A stretch of DNA of 63,581 nucleotides, counting the filler, from Octopus bimaculoides (Eukaryota): the NCBI RefSeq assembly GCF_001194135.2. It is 7 parts of 7 records of this genome, joined end to end, with 100 filler letters (N's around TTAATTAATTAA, not from the genome) between each part and the next. Parts side by side here need not be neighbours in the genome. Positions count along the whole stretch, not along the records: positions 17,934 to 29,872 come from NC_068984.1; positions 29,973 to 45,166 come from NC_068994.1; 5 more parts are not named here. The stretch is one strand, 5' to 3'. Below the pieces are notes generated by a model, which was not told the origin of the DNA, ran no database searches, and saw only the letters and a list, made by a program, of their open reading frames with translations. Shown in pieces: positions 24,891-38,536 of the stretch (position 1 is the stretch's first letter; each line of letters opens with the position of its first letter). The translations under genes were made by a program, and so were the position numbers.

Positions 24891-25110
24891 GGCGGCGAGC
24901 TAACAGATTTGCCAGCACTCCGGGCAAAATGCTTAGCGGAATTTTCACCATCCTTACGTTCTGAGTTCAAAATCCCCCGGGATCGACTTTATCTTTCATC
25001 CTTTCGGGGTCGATCAAATGAGTACCAGTTACGCACTTGGGTCGATGAAATTGATAGGTTCCGTCACCCAAAATTTCAGGCCTTGTACCTACAGTACAAA
25101 GGATTATTAT
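24891..25110 (+). mobile_element. SINE family B, full length
   Basis: GGCGGCGAGCTAACAGA...TACGTTCTGAGTTCAAA...GGCCTTGTACCTACAGTACAAAGGATTATT. Confidence 0.85.
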
Positions 25111-25112
25111 TA

Positions 25113-25195
<83 letters not shown>

Positions 25196-25409
25196 CATTA
25201 TTATTATTATTGAGTGAGTAGTGCATGCCATCAAAGTGACACTGGGATAAAATATACGAAGCCCAGTATACCCATCATGACTACCCATTTGATATGGGCA
25301 GAGAAGCTCATTGTATGCATCCCCAGTTTACACACGCAAATTCAGAGGTAAAATATGTATTTTTAAAAATTAATAAATAAATAAATAAATTCATGAATGG
25401 ATGTTGTTT

Positions 25410-25622
25410 TCACAGCGATAATGCTCTTCTCAGTACATGAGTCGTTCCAGTTAACACAATTTTTTCCCCTTCCTGTAGGGATGGTAAGCCTGGTATCATT
25501 TTCAAATAGGTTTCGGTACACTTTTTTTAATCATTCCTAGAGATCCTATAATCATTGGTACGGTAGTCGCCTTGAGGTGCCACATTTTTTCAATTTCTAT
25601 TAGCAAGTCTTTATATTTACTG
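25410..25622 (-). mobile_element. R4/Dong-type LINE 3' end, second subfamily
   Basis: SKYKDLLIEIEKMWHLKATTVPMIIGSLG...IVLTGTTHVLRRALSL*. Confidence 0.8.
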
Positions 25623-25636
25623 ATTTATTATTATTA

Positions 25637-25681
<45 letters not shown>

Positions 25682-26489
25682 GAAGACCTTTGGAATGTTT
25701 GCAGTAAAAAATAAGTACTNNNNNNNNNNNNNNNNNNNNNNNNNNNNNNNNNNNNNNNNNNNNNNNNNNNNNNNNNNNNNNNNNNNNNNNNNNNNNNNNN
25801 NNNNNNNNNNNNNNNNNNNNNNNNNNNNNNNNNNNNNNNNNNNNNNNNNNNNNNNNNNNNNNNNNNNNNNNNNNNNNNNNNNNNNNNNNNNNNNNNNNNN
25901 NNNNNNNNNNNNNNNNNNNNNNNNNNNNNNNNTTTTCCAGTGGAATATTTTCAGACATTTTTAAGATGGCGACCTCCGAAGTAGCAGAAAGAGGTATTCG
26001 CCTCAGTGGAAGGAGCATTTGTGATCATAATGTAAACAAATGATATTCAAACGAGATATGAAAAAAAAAACAAAAAAAAAACAGACTTTATAAATAAGAT
26101 TATTTTCAAACGAAAAAAAATATAATTCATAAACAAAATTATTTTCAAACGAGAAACAGAATTTACAAAAAAATATATATATATAATAAAGTAATGAGAT
26201 CTAAAACTTCAATAGTTACAGCAACAGCACCAACTCAACTGTCATTTGTTAACGTGGGAAGTCAAAGGAAAAGAGCAGAACTTCAGATGGTTGAAAGAAA
26301 TGTAGAAGCCATGGATGAACTTTGTCGAGAGAGGAAATGTCTCCTTTTGCCAAGAATACAAGAAAGGCAAGAAAAGAGACGAGGGAAAATATCACAATGA
26401 AATATTAGAATAAACGAAAGACTCCTCAAGGAAAGCAGACCTTATGGCTGCACAAAAGTAAATAATACTACCAGTAATGATGCTGTGAA

Positions 26490-26810
26490 GGCGCAAAGGC
26501 CCAGTGGTTAGGGCAGTGGACTCGCGGTCGGAGGATCGCGGTTTCGATTACCCAGACCCGGTGTTGTGTGTGTTTATTGAACGAGAACACGTAAAGCTCC
26601 ACGAGGCTCCGGCAGGGGGTGGATGGCGCCCCCTGTTGTACTCTTTCGCTCCCAACTTTCTCTCACTCTTTCTTCCTGTTTCTTGAGTGACGCTGCGATG
26701 GACTGGCGTCCCGTCCAGTTGGGAGTGGGTGGGACACATACGCCATAGCAACTGGGTAACCGGGCCCATGAGCCTGGCTAGGCTCTAAAAGGGGAGCATG
26801 AATAAATAAA
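26490..26810 (+). mobile_element. tRNA-derived SINE (family D) with a conserved central domain
   Basis: tRNA-like head GGCGCAAAGGCCCAGTGGTTAGGGC...GGTTTCGATT, a central GCTGCGATGGACTGGCGTCCCGTCCAG motif, and an A-rich tail. Confidence 0.75.
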
Positions 26811-26819
26811 AACAAATGA

Positions 26820-26886
26820 TGATGCTGCTGCTTCTACTACTATTATTATTACTACTACTACTATTGCAACCATGCTACTACTACTA

Positions 26887-26927
<41 letters not shown>

Positions 26928-27165
26928 ACTAATACTACTGCTACCACTGTCACTACTACTACTACTACTACTACTGCTACTACTGCTACTACTACTACCG
27001 TTACTACTGCTACTACTACTACTACTACTACTACTATTACTACTACTACTACTGTTGTTGCTGCTGCTGCTAATACTATAATACTACTACTATCGTTGTT
27101 GCTGCTACCACTACAGTTGTTGCTGCTGCTATTACTACTACTACTACTACCATTACTCCTACTGT
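26820..27165. repeat. Compound (CTA/CTG/GTT)n trinucleotide microsatellite
   Basis: Direct inspection. It explains the poly-L and poly-V ORFs. Confidence 0.9.
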
Positions 27166-28290
27166 TAGAGTGCTGGACTGGCAGAAAAGCAGACAAAATG
27201 ATGTCAACTTCGGTTCGTGTCATCCGTCCTGAGATCGATAAAATAAGAACTAATTCAAATAATTAGAATCGCTTTAATCATTCCCCCCACCCCAACCACT
27301 CATCACTCCTCTCAAAGTTCCAAGAATTTCACCAATTTTCGAAACCGTTATTTACGAAAGGCAGCGTGGGTCGGGTCGGCAAAATCTTTAGAAAGTGGGG
27401 AGAATATGTCTTGTATTGTTTCTTCNNNNNNNNNNNNNNNNNNNNNNNNNNNNNNNNNNNNNNNNNNNNNNNNNNNNNNNNNNNNNNNNNNNNNNNNNNN
27501 NNNNNNNNNNNNNNNNNNNNNNNNNNNNNNNNNNNNNNNNNNNNNNNNNNNNNNNNNNNNNNNNNNNNNNNNNNNNNNNNNNNNNNNNNNNNNNNNNNNN
27601 NNNNNNNNNNNNNNNNNNNNNNNNNNNNNNNNNNNNNNNNNNNNNNNNNNNNNNNNNNNNNNNNNNNNNNNNNNNNNNNNNNNNNNNNNNNNNNNNNNNN
27701 NNNNNNNNNNNNNNNNNNNNNNNNNNNNNNNNNNNNNNNNNNNNNNNNNNNNNNNNNNNNNNNNNNNNNNNNNNNNNNNNNNNNNNNNNNNNNNNNNNNN
27801 NNNNNNNNNNNNNNNNNNNNNNNNNNNNNNNNNNNNNNNNNNNNNNNNNNNNNNNNNNNNNNNNNNNNNNNNNNNNNNNNNNNNNNNNNNNNNNNNNNNN
27901 NNNNNNNNNNNNNNNNNNNNNNNNNNNNNNNNNNNNNNNNNNNNNNNNNNNNNNNNNNNNNNNNNNNNNNNNNNNNNNNNNNNNNNNNNNNNNNNNNNNN
28001 NNNNNNNNNNNNNNNNNNNNNNNNNNNNNNNNNNNNNNNNNNNNNNNNNNNNNNNNNNNNNNNNNNNNNNNNNNNNNNNNNNNNNNNNNNNNNNNNNNNN
28101 NNNNNNNNNNNNNNNNNNNNNNNNNNNNNNNNNNNNNNNNNNNNNNNNNNNNNNNNNNNNNNNNNNNNNNNNNNNNNNNNNNNNNNNNNNGGTGGTCGTC
28201 GTGGTGGTGTCTGTAGTAGTATTAGTGGTGGTGGTCGTGGGGTGGGTGTAGTAGTAGTAGTGGCGGTGGTTGTAGTGGTGGTAGTAGTAT

Positions 28291-28329
<39 letters not shown>

Positions 28330-28409
28330 CGGTGGTTGTGGTGGTGGCTGTAGTAGTAGTAGTGGTGGTGGTCGCGGTGGTTGTAGTGGTGGTAGTAGTG
28401 TCCAATCAT

Positions 28410-28950
28410 TTTCCTCGTGTCTGTTTGAATTTGAGTATGTTGATCTCTCGCAATTTCCCTCATAGTGTCGGCGTGGTCTTTTTCGCATCTCGTGTCGAGA
28501 TCGGTCTTCCATGCAGTGCCTTCATTCCTTAGTTGTTTCTGTAAGATCAAATCCATGTAAAGGCAGCGATTTGTTATTGTTCTGCTCGTCTTGGTCGAGT
28601 AACTTACCGTTCAGTCTCCTCATGGAAAAGGTTTTCTGTGTTGTCAATACAAGCATTACTATCTTCACATTTTGGGTGAGGGATTTTGTTTGGAAAGATG
28701 ACTTCTTTTTCTCAGCAGCTGTAGCTTGCTGGTGTAATTTCTTTCACTCTAAAATTTGAGTATGTTGGGTATTTCTTATCGCAATATACTTTTAGTCTCT
28801 TCGTGAAGCACATGGCAATATCTAATCTAGCCTTTCTATAGACCTGGTATAGATCTTGGTTCATTTCGAAAGTCCGCTGGAATTTATCACGATAGTTCCA
28901 CGATCGGCGACGGCTGACTCCAGATTGTTTTGACGCCATAATGTATAAAG
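28410..28950 (-). mobile_element. R4/Dong-type LINE ORF N-terminal remnant
   Basis: KFQRTFEMNQDLYQVYRKAR...KRLKVYCDKKYPTYSNF and, after a frameshift, LHQQATAAEKKK. This resembles the N-terminus of R4-clade ORFs. Confidence 0.6.
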
Positions 28951-31714
28951 TAGTAATCTTCCACGTGGTATGTATTAACGTTTCAGAAAATAAAGATTGT
29001 TTCTTCAAAGAAAACCCTTTTTTTTTCTTTTTTTTTTTTTTTTTGCTTTACTAGGCTTGTATTTAATGGCAAGAATTATCAGGGATAGTATTCGTCATCC
29101 AGAAGAATGAATTGTCCCCTATGCCAAAGTGTCTAGATATGATGACCGCTCCCCGAATGGTGTGAACTTTTGCCTATGTTAGAAAGAATTATTGTTTCAT
29201 TTCAAACCAATGATGTGACAGAAACGGTAGGAGAGTGGGTGAAACACCTCATGATGTTTTCATCAACTTTTCTCTGCCTCAGAATCTATGGTGTTCTTCC
29301 TCCGAACAGAAACACTATTATTGTAACCATGAATGATTATCAAGCTGGTGAAACGATAGAAAGCCAAAAGAAACAAATGCCTACAACAAACCAAGAAGCA
29401 AATATTTCTGTGCTCGCTCACTATCAAAATCATTTCAGTGATTTTATTCATTTTTGTTTTTTCTTTTCTAATACAACATTTTTAAAGATATGAAATCATA
29501 CTTGAAATTCGTTTTGCCTCCTATTCAAAATCCTAATTTCATTGCTTTCATTCTTTGGCTATTGAAGAGAGGAAATTCACCTTCATAAATCTTATTCATA
29601 ATGATATGCTATTGAAGCTACAAAACAGAATGTTGTTCCAACGGTGTTAAATTTGTGCAATGTTGTTGGGCTTTTTTTTTTTCTTTGTTTCAAGGTCATA
29701 CCATTACAGCATAAAATTTCATTTTTCCGAATGGTTTTCAGCAAAAAAATCTGATACCTCTTCCATACTGGTGCTTGATAGACAGAGACGCTTACCTTCT
29801 CTTAGGTCAAAATTAGGTAAGAATGTATATGTATATACATATGTATATGTATATATATATATATATATATATNNNNNNNNNNNNNNNNNNNNNNNNNNNN
29901 NNNNNNNNNNNNNNNNTTAATTAATTAANNNNNNNNNNNNNNNNNNNNNNNNNNNNNNNNNNNNNNNNNNNNGTGTGTGTGTGTGTGTGTGTGTTCATGT
30001 GCGTGTGTGTTACTATATTAAATGAATTGGTGAGCAATATCTTCATTAGGCATCTGATCTCAAAGTGAAGTCCTGTAATCGACAACGGTTGACTACATTT
30101 TCATGGAATCAAATAACAGAACACTTTTGCACACTTGACTTTTGAAAATTTGTATTTTGTTCAGCTGAGTTGATACCAACTGTTGCTGCCAAAAATTTGT
30201 TCCAAATGCTTGTGGCTGAGTGCTGGAAGTTTCTGTTTACAGTGAGGGCTTTCATATCAAGTTTAGGGAATGAATGTAATTGCTTGAATGTGCTGGTCCT
30301 TGTTCTACTACTATTACTACCACCACCACTGCTATTACTAGTATCACTATCACCATTATTATTAACAAACTGGACTCGTGTGGTTAAGAAGTAAGAAGTG
30401 AACTTCTGTTTTCACAAACATGCCTGCATCTATTTTAATGTATCATTTCAAAGCTGGCTGAATTGTGTGAGTCAGCGAGAAAATGCATGGTGACATTTTT
30501 TCTGATCCTTTATGTTCCGTTTTCAAATCCCACTGAAGTCAACTTTGCTTTTCATTATCACATGGTTGATACAGTAAAGTACCAGTCAAATACTTGGGTA
30601 AATCAAATCGATTAATCCCCTCTCATTAAAATTACTGGCCCTGTGCCAAAATTTGAAGCAATTTCTTGAAAAATCACCCAGGCAACCAGATGAACTTTTA
30701 TAATTAAGTTTTATTCAAAATAGTACTTTAAAAGCTGTTAAAATATTTTGTGCACTGTAGAAATATAACCAAGCTATTGCACATAAATTTTACCAACAAA
30801 ATCTTTCATGGACCCTCAAGAGCCATATGGATCCCAGTTGAGAACCACTGATCTACAAATACAGTGGAGTTTTTTTCTTGATTTCCATCAAATTTTTCCC
30901 TTCTTTGTGTGTGTGCGTGTGCATGTATGTGCGTGTGTGCATACGTGCATGTGTGTGTGTTGATATCTATATAACATAGAATTGCTCAATGGGGTTCATT
31001 CTCTGGTGGCACTATAATTCTGAATTCAGATGGGCTGCAGCTTGCAAACATTTCCAAGAGTTATATTATTACAATATCCTGTCTCATGTCATGCTAAGCT
31101 GTTGATAGCAGGCTTTTTCATTATATTTCATCAGCATTTTTTTTTTTTTTTTGCAGCCACAACCTTATTCCGCTTCTATAATCTTGAAAGTTATTTTATA
31201 TCTTTACTTTTTATTTTTATTTTACATTTATCAGATTTCTTTTTTTACTGAATTCAGTAAAGTGAGTTTGGTATGTGAAATATTCATTCACTACAGACAT
31301 GTGCATAGTGTGTTGCTTCAGTCTTTGTAGAAACTGCAGTTTCTTCTGTAGAGCACCTTGTTTACAATTTCCATTACAAAGCTTCAAACTCTCTCTGTGT
31401 GNNNNNNNNNNNNNNNNNNNNNNNNNNNNNNNNNNNNNNNNNNNNNNNNNNNNNNNNNNNNNNNNNNNNNNNNNNNNNNNNNNNNNNNNNNNNNNNNNNN
31501 NNNNNNNNNNNNNNNNNNNNNNNNNNNNNNNNNNNNNNNNNNNNNNNNNNNNNNNNNNNNNNNNNNNNNNNNNNNNNNNNNNNNNNNNNNNNNNNNNNNN
31601 NNNNNNNNNNNNNNNNNNNNNNNNNNNNNNNNNNNNNNNNNNNNNNNNNNNNNNNNNNNNNNNNNNNNNNNNNNNNNNNNNNNNNNNNNNNNNNNNNNNN
31701 NNNNNNNNNNNNNN

Positions 31715-31900
31715 TTTATGCTTTTATTCTTTTATTTGTTTCAGTCATTTGACTGTGGCCATTTTTTTAAATAAACCAAGACATTTTTTTTTATAAGCCT
31801 AGTACTTATTCTATTGGTATCTTTTGCCAAACTGCTATGTTACAGGGATGTCTGTACAGCAGCACTAGTTGTCAAGTGATGATGGAGAGACAAACACAGA
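31715..31900 (-). mobile_element. SINE family A, 3' half
   Basis: TTTCAGTCATTTGACTGTGGCC...TAAGCCTAGTACTTATTCTATT. Confidence 0.8.
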
Positions 31901-32057
31901 CACTGACACACACACACACGCACGCACGCATACACGCACATCTCAGAGATTTAATATAGCTTATTTCTCCTTCTTCGAGGTCAGCAACAGTTTGTTGCTG
32001 GAAAAAGCATATAGTATTTTGCGAGTGGAATGAGTTTTCATCACTAGTTTGTGATTA

Positions 32058-32270
32058 ACACAAGCTAAGGATGGATAACCACCCAGAAACTTCAGCCTGT
32101 GTGTATCACGTAAGGCTAGAGATGGGAGCGATGACCTCCCCTTGAAAATACTAATCAGAGACAGAATGTATGTCATTAGCCAGCTGGAGAAGATGTCTTC
32201 CTGGGGCTATAAACGTCAGTAGCATTGTCCTGTATAGGACGCCACACTTGGTTGGCATTTATACATACAT
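32058..32270 (+). mobile_element. Diverged homolog of the 22232-22460 structured repeat, with a relic hammerhead
   Basis: ACACAAG-CTAAGGA-TGG...CCA-GAA-ACTTCAG-C-CTGTGT at the 5' end, plus the shared downstream hairpin motifs. Confidence 0.55.
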
Positions 32271-32272
32271 GC

Positions 32273-32334
<62 letters not shown>

Positions 32335-32485
32335 TAGACTTCTTTCAATTTCTGTCTACCAAATCCACTCACAAGGCCTTGGTCAGCCCAAGGCTCTAGT
32401 AGATGCTTGCCCAAGGTGCCACACAGTGGGTCTGAATCTAAAACCATGTGGTTGGGAAGCAAGCTTCTTACCACACAGCCACACC
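32335..32485 (-). mobile_element. SINE family A head
   Basis: CTTGCCCAAGGTGCCACACAGTGGG...ACCATGTGGTTGGGAAGCAAGCTTCTTACCACACAGCC. Confidence 0.85.
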
Positions 32486-32794
32486 TGCGCCTATATTTCT
32501 TTACTTTTATTTATTTATTTTTTTAAACAGTGGGATGTTAGTAGCTGTGGCCCAATATTGAGTCCCCAAAACTGATGAAATGGAGAGCAAAAGGTATCTA
32601 CAAACTAGAACCTGGTCCTCATGTTTGCAACGAAGTGGATTCCATAGATAGGTGCTAAGGGTGGCAGGTGGCAGAATCAAATAACTGGGTCTGGCTGTTC
32701 GTATGCTGATGTTTTGATGCAGCTGACTGGATATTCAGCCTGTTTTGGTAGGTGTAGATTTTGGTACCGGAGGCAAATACACATGCACGCACGC

Positions 32795-32833
<39 letters not shown>

Positions 32834-33152
32834 CACATATACATATGCACATATAAACACACAGAAATGCAGAAATATATGCATACAGATAGAGAGAGAG
32901 GGGGGAGTGGGCTAGAGACAGAAGGAGAGAGAGAGAGACATTACATGTGTTCACACACATAAACAGAGAAAAATAGGAGAGGAGAGACAGACAGAAGGAG
33001 AGAAACATTACTGATTCATATAAACATAACCACATGCTCATACATATAAACTGGAAGAAAACTGATAGAGAGAAAAGAAACATTAAAGTGAGAGAGACGT
33101 TAAAACATTTGATGTGAAAGAAGTGTGTCAAATTAGTGATGCCAAATAGAAA

Positions 33153-33302
33153 ATGCCAAAATGGCTATGCTAAAATGGCTATGCCAAAACGGCTATGCCA
33201 AAATGGTTATGCCAAAATGGCTATGCTAAAATGGTTATGCCAAAATGGCTATGCCTAAATGGCTATGCCAAAATGGTTATGCCAAAATGGCTATGCCAAA
33301 AT
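33153..33302. repeat. 14-bp tandem repeat (ATGCCAAAATGGCT), 10 full units plus a partial
   Basis: Units are in register from 33153, with single-base variants. Confidence 0.95.
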
Positions 33303-35037
33303 ACCTCATACATGCCAGAAGGTAATGGTAAACTTGGAAACAGTTTGATTCTGCCATCCAAGAAGGCCAAGGCAGGATTTGCACTCAAAATACAAAGAGT
33401 TGGAACAGATACTACAAGGTATCCAGTCCAGCATTCTTACAGTTCCATCAATTCATGAACCTGGATTGATACATTTTTGGCAACCCAGAAAGGATGAAAG
33501 CAAAGTTGACTGTGGCAGACAGAATCAGGGTACAAAGAATCCACACAAATACCATCAAATATCATGTCTGATGCTCTTCGGATTCCACCCATTTACCACT
33601 CGGTGGGATTCCACACAGTTTTCATCTACCCAATTTCATTTAACAAGGCTTGGATTAAGGCAAATCATGATAAAGAAAATACACTTATCCATGTAGTGGA
33701 TAGTGTTTGCCCAATGCAGACCAGCTTCTCATCCTTCCCATCTCCTCTCACCTACAACCAATACTATCTATGCTACTGTGTTCAAGATCCCATACTGGGG
33801 AGTTAAACCTAGGACATCACAAACACAAAGCAACAATGCTACAATGTCACAAATTTGGTGGTGGCAGCGGTGGTGGCATTGGTGTGGTGGTGGGATTGTG
33901 GTGGTGGTGGCAATCAGTCTTCTAAATCAAACCAAGAAATCAATGTTTCCATTTGTTATTCAACTTCCTGATTTTAACTGTCATTTGCCACTCCTAACTG
34001 AAATGTCCTTTTTTTTCAGTGATATGACTGGATTTGAACACAGAATGCACAACACTGGAACAAGACGCTACAAGACACTTTGTCTGATGCTACAATAATC
34101 CCATGAACCCATCAATCATGACTGGCCCAATTTTTTTTATCAACCCTGAAAGATTGGAAAGCAAAGAGTGTAGTTATTTTATTCACAACCCACACTTAGT
34201 ATTTGACTGATATTAATTAATTAATGTATTTATCTTTTATGACATCATTGACTGCAAGTTTCCAAGCAGTTAATTACTGATTCCTGGAATTTCTGATACT
34301 GAGAGCAAGAAGTGGGTGCTGCCTGTGTTTAATTTCTCACCATTGTTTTTATATCCTTTGCTAATATATATCAGTGGGTGTTAAGTGCATGCATCATTAT
34401 CCTTATTTTCATCATAATCATTATGTCATCATCATTGCGGTCACCATATATGTCACCACTGTTGCCTCCACCATCACCATCATTGTCATCATAACCATCC
34501 TTATCATCATCATCCTCGCTGTCATCGTTACTGTCATCATCACCGTCATTGTCATCATCACCAACATCATCGTCATCATCATCGTCATCAGTTGGCTTTC
34601 CTTTGCATACATGGATTGGAAATATATAAACACACATACCTGCTCCACTGGCTCAGCAGCAGAGTCCAACAGGTTCAGATGACACCGTCCTATTCCCATT
34701 TAAAATTTTGCATTAACCATTCTGATCTAGAAATACAGCTGAAAACTTTGAGGAGCGAAGCTAGTTGGAAAAAGTTACCCTAGAAGGATTTAAAACAAAA
34801 GTTGACATTGACAGGATTTGGATTCAGGATTTAAATGGCTGGAACACATACAACCAGGCATCTTGTCCAGCTGTCTAGCAATTCTGCCATGCAACTTCTT
34901 TTATTAAGACTACATAATACATCAGTGGCATGGATATGGATAAAAGGGATACAAGATACAATAATTTTGTATTAGAGCTTTCTTGAGTTTTACTACATCT
35001 CCATCTTGGATATATTTAGCAGCCTCTTCCCCTCAGT

Positions 35038-35076
<39 letters not shown>

Positions 35077-35343
35077 GCATAGACATACAAACATACACAG
35101 AGACACACATACACATCACTGTAAGTTAGCAATTCAGCAAAGACTGATAGAATAAGTACCAGAGAGATATAGAAATACATATTATGTGTGTATATATATG
35201 TGTGTGTGTATGTATATAATTCCTTGTTGGTTTTAAATTGCTGACCAGCCACCTTAATCATATATACCACATGCAGTTTTAAAAGAGTGTTTAAAGTGAT
35301 GTTGGTGCTTCATAAGAATAAAGACACATTGTGTATATATATA

Positions 35344-35458
35344 TTCCGGATAGAGGTAGGGGTCCACCAAGGTTCCGTCCTCAGCCCCCTATTATTTACC
35401 ATAGTCCTCCAGGCAATCACAGAGGAGTTCAAGACAGGTTGCCCCTGGGAGCTCCTCT
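35344..35458 (+). mobile_element. RTE-clade LINE RT fragment
   Basis: FRIEVGVHQGSVLSPLLFTIVLQAITEEFKTGCPWELL, truncated by a gap just before the expected YADD. Confidence 0.9.
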
Positions 35459-35894
35459 NNNNNNNNNNATGATGATTCAAGACCTTTCAAGGTTTCTTCT
35501 CTGAACAAAAAAGAAAAAAATAAAGAGAGAAGAAAGAAAAAGCTTTTGGAAAGATCATGAATTAAAACTAACTATTCATTCATCCACATGACTATTTTTG
35601 CATCATTTTTCTTTATTAATGCTAGAATGGATGGAATAATTTCTGGTTTTATAGCCTGATCACCCTATCATTGTTACCAATCAACCATGATATAGAGGTG
35701 AAATTTATTGTACTACCAGGTGAACAAAAATAAGCAGGCAAACAAAAATGAGCAAGCAATTGGGTCTTTGCTTAAGGCTAAAAAGACAATGACCCTAATA
35801 ATGAAGGTTTATGTCATAACTATGTACCTGGTTGTCTAGCAGCTGAGCTTCATTCAGATGTGTTCTTCTTATTTTGCTATCATCATTATCATCA

Positions 35895-36215
35895 TTATCA
35901 TCATTTAACATCTGTTGTCCATGCTGGCATGGGTTGGATGGTTTGAGCAGGATTGGCAAGCTGGAAGGCTGCACTGGACTCCAGTGCAGCCTATAATTTG
36001 GCATAGTTTCTATGGCTGGATGCCCTTCCTAAAGCCAACCACTCTCAGACTGTAATGGGTGCTTTCACGTGCTGCTGGCATGGGTGCCTTATGTGTGACA
36101 CCAGTATCTGCCACGACTGTGATTTTACTTGGCTCGCTGGGTCTTCTTCTCAAACGCAACATAATGCCAATGGTCTCGGTCATTGCCTCCATGAGGCCCA
36201 ACACTCAGAAGGAAC
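35895..36215 (-). mobile_element. RTE-tail SINE/LINE-derived repeat
   Basis: The GGCTGGATGCCCTTCCTAAAGCCAACC motif next to a (CAT)n tail, which I associate with RTE-related 3' ends. Confidence 0.5.
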
Positions 36216-37222
36216 ACACAAGCATGCACACACACACACACATACATACATACATACATACATACATATTTTCCATTCTTTGATAATAAATAATGTATAT
36301 ATTTTCGTGCAGGTTTGGTTCCATAGAATCAGAGAGAAAGTGGCTGTTTTCTCACAAACACTAAAACTGATATCTCTTATCTAAACTGTGTCATGAAACT
36401 CAAGCCACTCAACATCCCTTGTGAGTTCATTTATGTTCCTGGAAGTATTAACACGTACATCACAAATGCTTTCCATTAGAATTTTGGTAAAACATTCCTA
36501 ATCTGACTATTGGCAATATAAATATATGTGTGTATGTGTATATATGTGTGTGTGTATGTGTGTATGGAGGAGAGGGAGAGTAAAGTGTCTAGGGGAAAGG
36601 TTTTTAAAAAATGCTCAGTGTTATAAACTCTGTTGTCAACATATAGATTTTCTTGCTTTTCTGAAAATAAAACTGTATGCACATACAGCAAGAGAGGAAA
36701 TAGATTCAAATGAAATCCCCATCCTATTTCCATGAAGAAATAAATATTAAATAATATCTGAATTTACTTTGTATTATTTGTAAATTAGGCAACTAATAGT
36801 GGATTCAGTTTAATAATGGAGCACCACCTTGGTTGAAATCCACTTTACACCCGTGGTATATGAAGCATGAGGGAAGAATATTGAGTACTACGTGAATGAC
36901 TAAAGAGTATATATGAACATAGTTTGTATAGGATAGTGAGTTTTAAAAGTACTGAAGGTAGAAAATCTATGAAAGCTGGATTGAAAAATTAGTTAAATAT
37001 GATAAACTAAATGTGTTATGTTAAATTTCATGAATTCTAGAACATAAGTGGATTAAAAGATTGGACTAAGAGAGTGATATTGAAGGTAGAAAATAATGTG
37101 ACATATTTCAATTGCTAAAGGCAAATTCACTGCAGTTAACATGGAGTAAAAGATTCTCTCTTATGGTATTCTTACACCTTTTTACCATAAGGGAGAATTT
37201 TTTATCCACATTAACTGCGGGA

Positions 37223-37257
<35 letters not shown>

Positions 37258-37324
37258 CATATATATATATAAGAATTCACAAACACACACACACACACAC
37301 ACATATATAATATATATATATATG

Positions 37325-37735
37325 CCTTTTAGTTGAACAGATCAACCCCAAGACTTACTCTTGTAAGCCTAGTACTTATTCTATCAGTCTCTTTTTGCCG
37401 AACCACTAAGTGCCAAGCAATGGTGTAGGGACAAATACTGACACAAATAACAAATACATTCATGCCATACATGCATACATACATATATATGTATAGTGAA
37501 TCCAAACAAAGAAGAACAAACAAGAAAAAGACAACGCGAGGACATGGTACTAGTATTGTATTATCAGACTCTCAGCAAAGGAATATATATATCTACATGA
37601 TGGGCTTCTTTCAGTTTCTGCCTACCAAATCCACTCACAAGGCTTTGATTGGCCTGAGTCTATAGTAGAAGACACTTGCCCAAGGTGCCATGCAGTGGGA
37701 CTGAACCCAGAACCATGTGGCTGGGAAGCAACCAC
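37325..37735 (-). mobile_element. Two SINE family A fragments
   Basis: TAAGCCTAGTACTTATTCTATC at about 37363 and GACACTTGCCCAAGGTGCCATGCAGTGGGACTGAACC at about 37670. Confidence 0.8.
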
Positions 37736-37803
37736 GCATATAATACATATATGCTACTATACTACCTTTATTATGGTTTACTCATATTCATAGACATCTG
37801 CAC

Positions 37804-37834
<31 letters not shown>

Positions 37835-38303
37835 TGTAAGCAGTATAAACAATACATGAACATCCATTGTAATTTCCGTCTACAAAAACTCCCATGGGTC
37901 TCTCACTGTTGGTAATTTAACCTTCCCTTCTTTTCTTCTTTTCCTTTTCTCCTTACTCAGTCTTCACATATAGTATTAAATTGTTCTTTTTCTACACCAT
38001 CTGGTGCCAATTCCCTATTTTAATGTCTTTAATATCTCTTTGAATATATTGCTCTAAACTATCTGTCTATCTAATAAGAAGGTTCTTCTCATAAATATCC
38101 ATTAATTGGCCTAATTATTTCACATAAAACATGAAGAATTTGGAGGAGCCTGTTAAATTACAATCAAAGAAATATAAACGGTCCTTCAAAGAATTTCTTC
38201 TCTCCACTCTCCGTCCTCATTCATTCTCACTCTCTTTATGCACATGTGTATATATGTGTGTGTGTGTGTATGTATGTATACACACACACACACAGAGAAA
38301 CAA

Positions 38304-38338
<35 letters not shown>

Positions 38339-38461
38339 CATATATACATACACACACACACATATGTAGAGAGAGAGGAGAGAGAGAGAGATAAAGACGT
38401 CCATATATATATATAGATGCATAGATATGTATGAATGTATATGTGAGTGTATGAGTAACTG

Positions 38462-38536
<75 letters not shown>

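Noticed and set aside
26490-26560. tRNA gene-like sequence (also at 10444 and 58746)
   Set aside because: It lacks a complete cloverleaf with acceptor stem and continues into a SINE body, so it was called a SINE head.
34640-34700. Possible minus-strand exon ending CAG/GTATGT (GIGRCHLNLLDSAAEPVEQ)
   Set aside because: The acceptor is poor, upstream frames are closed and there is no recognisable homology. RNA-seq would be needed.
36313-36420. Possible plus-strand exon flanked by TGCAG and GTGAGT
   Set aside because: It has stops in all three frames and could only be non-coding. Unsupported.
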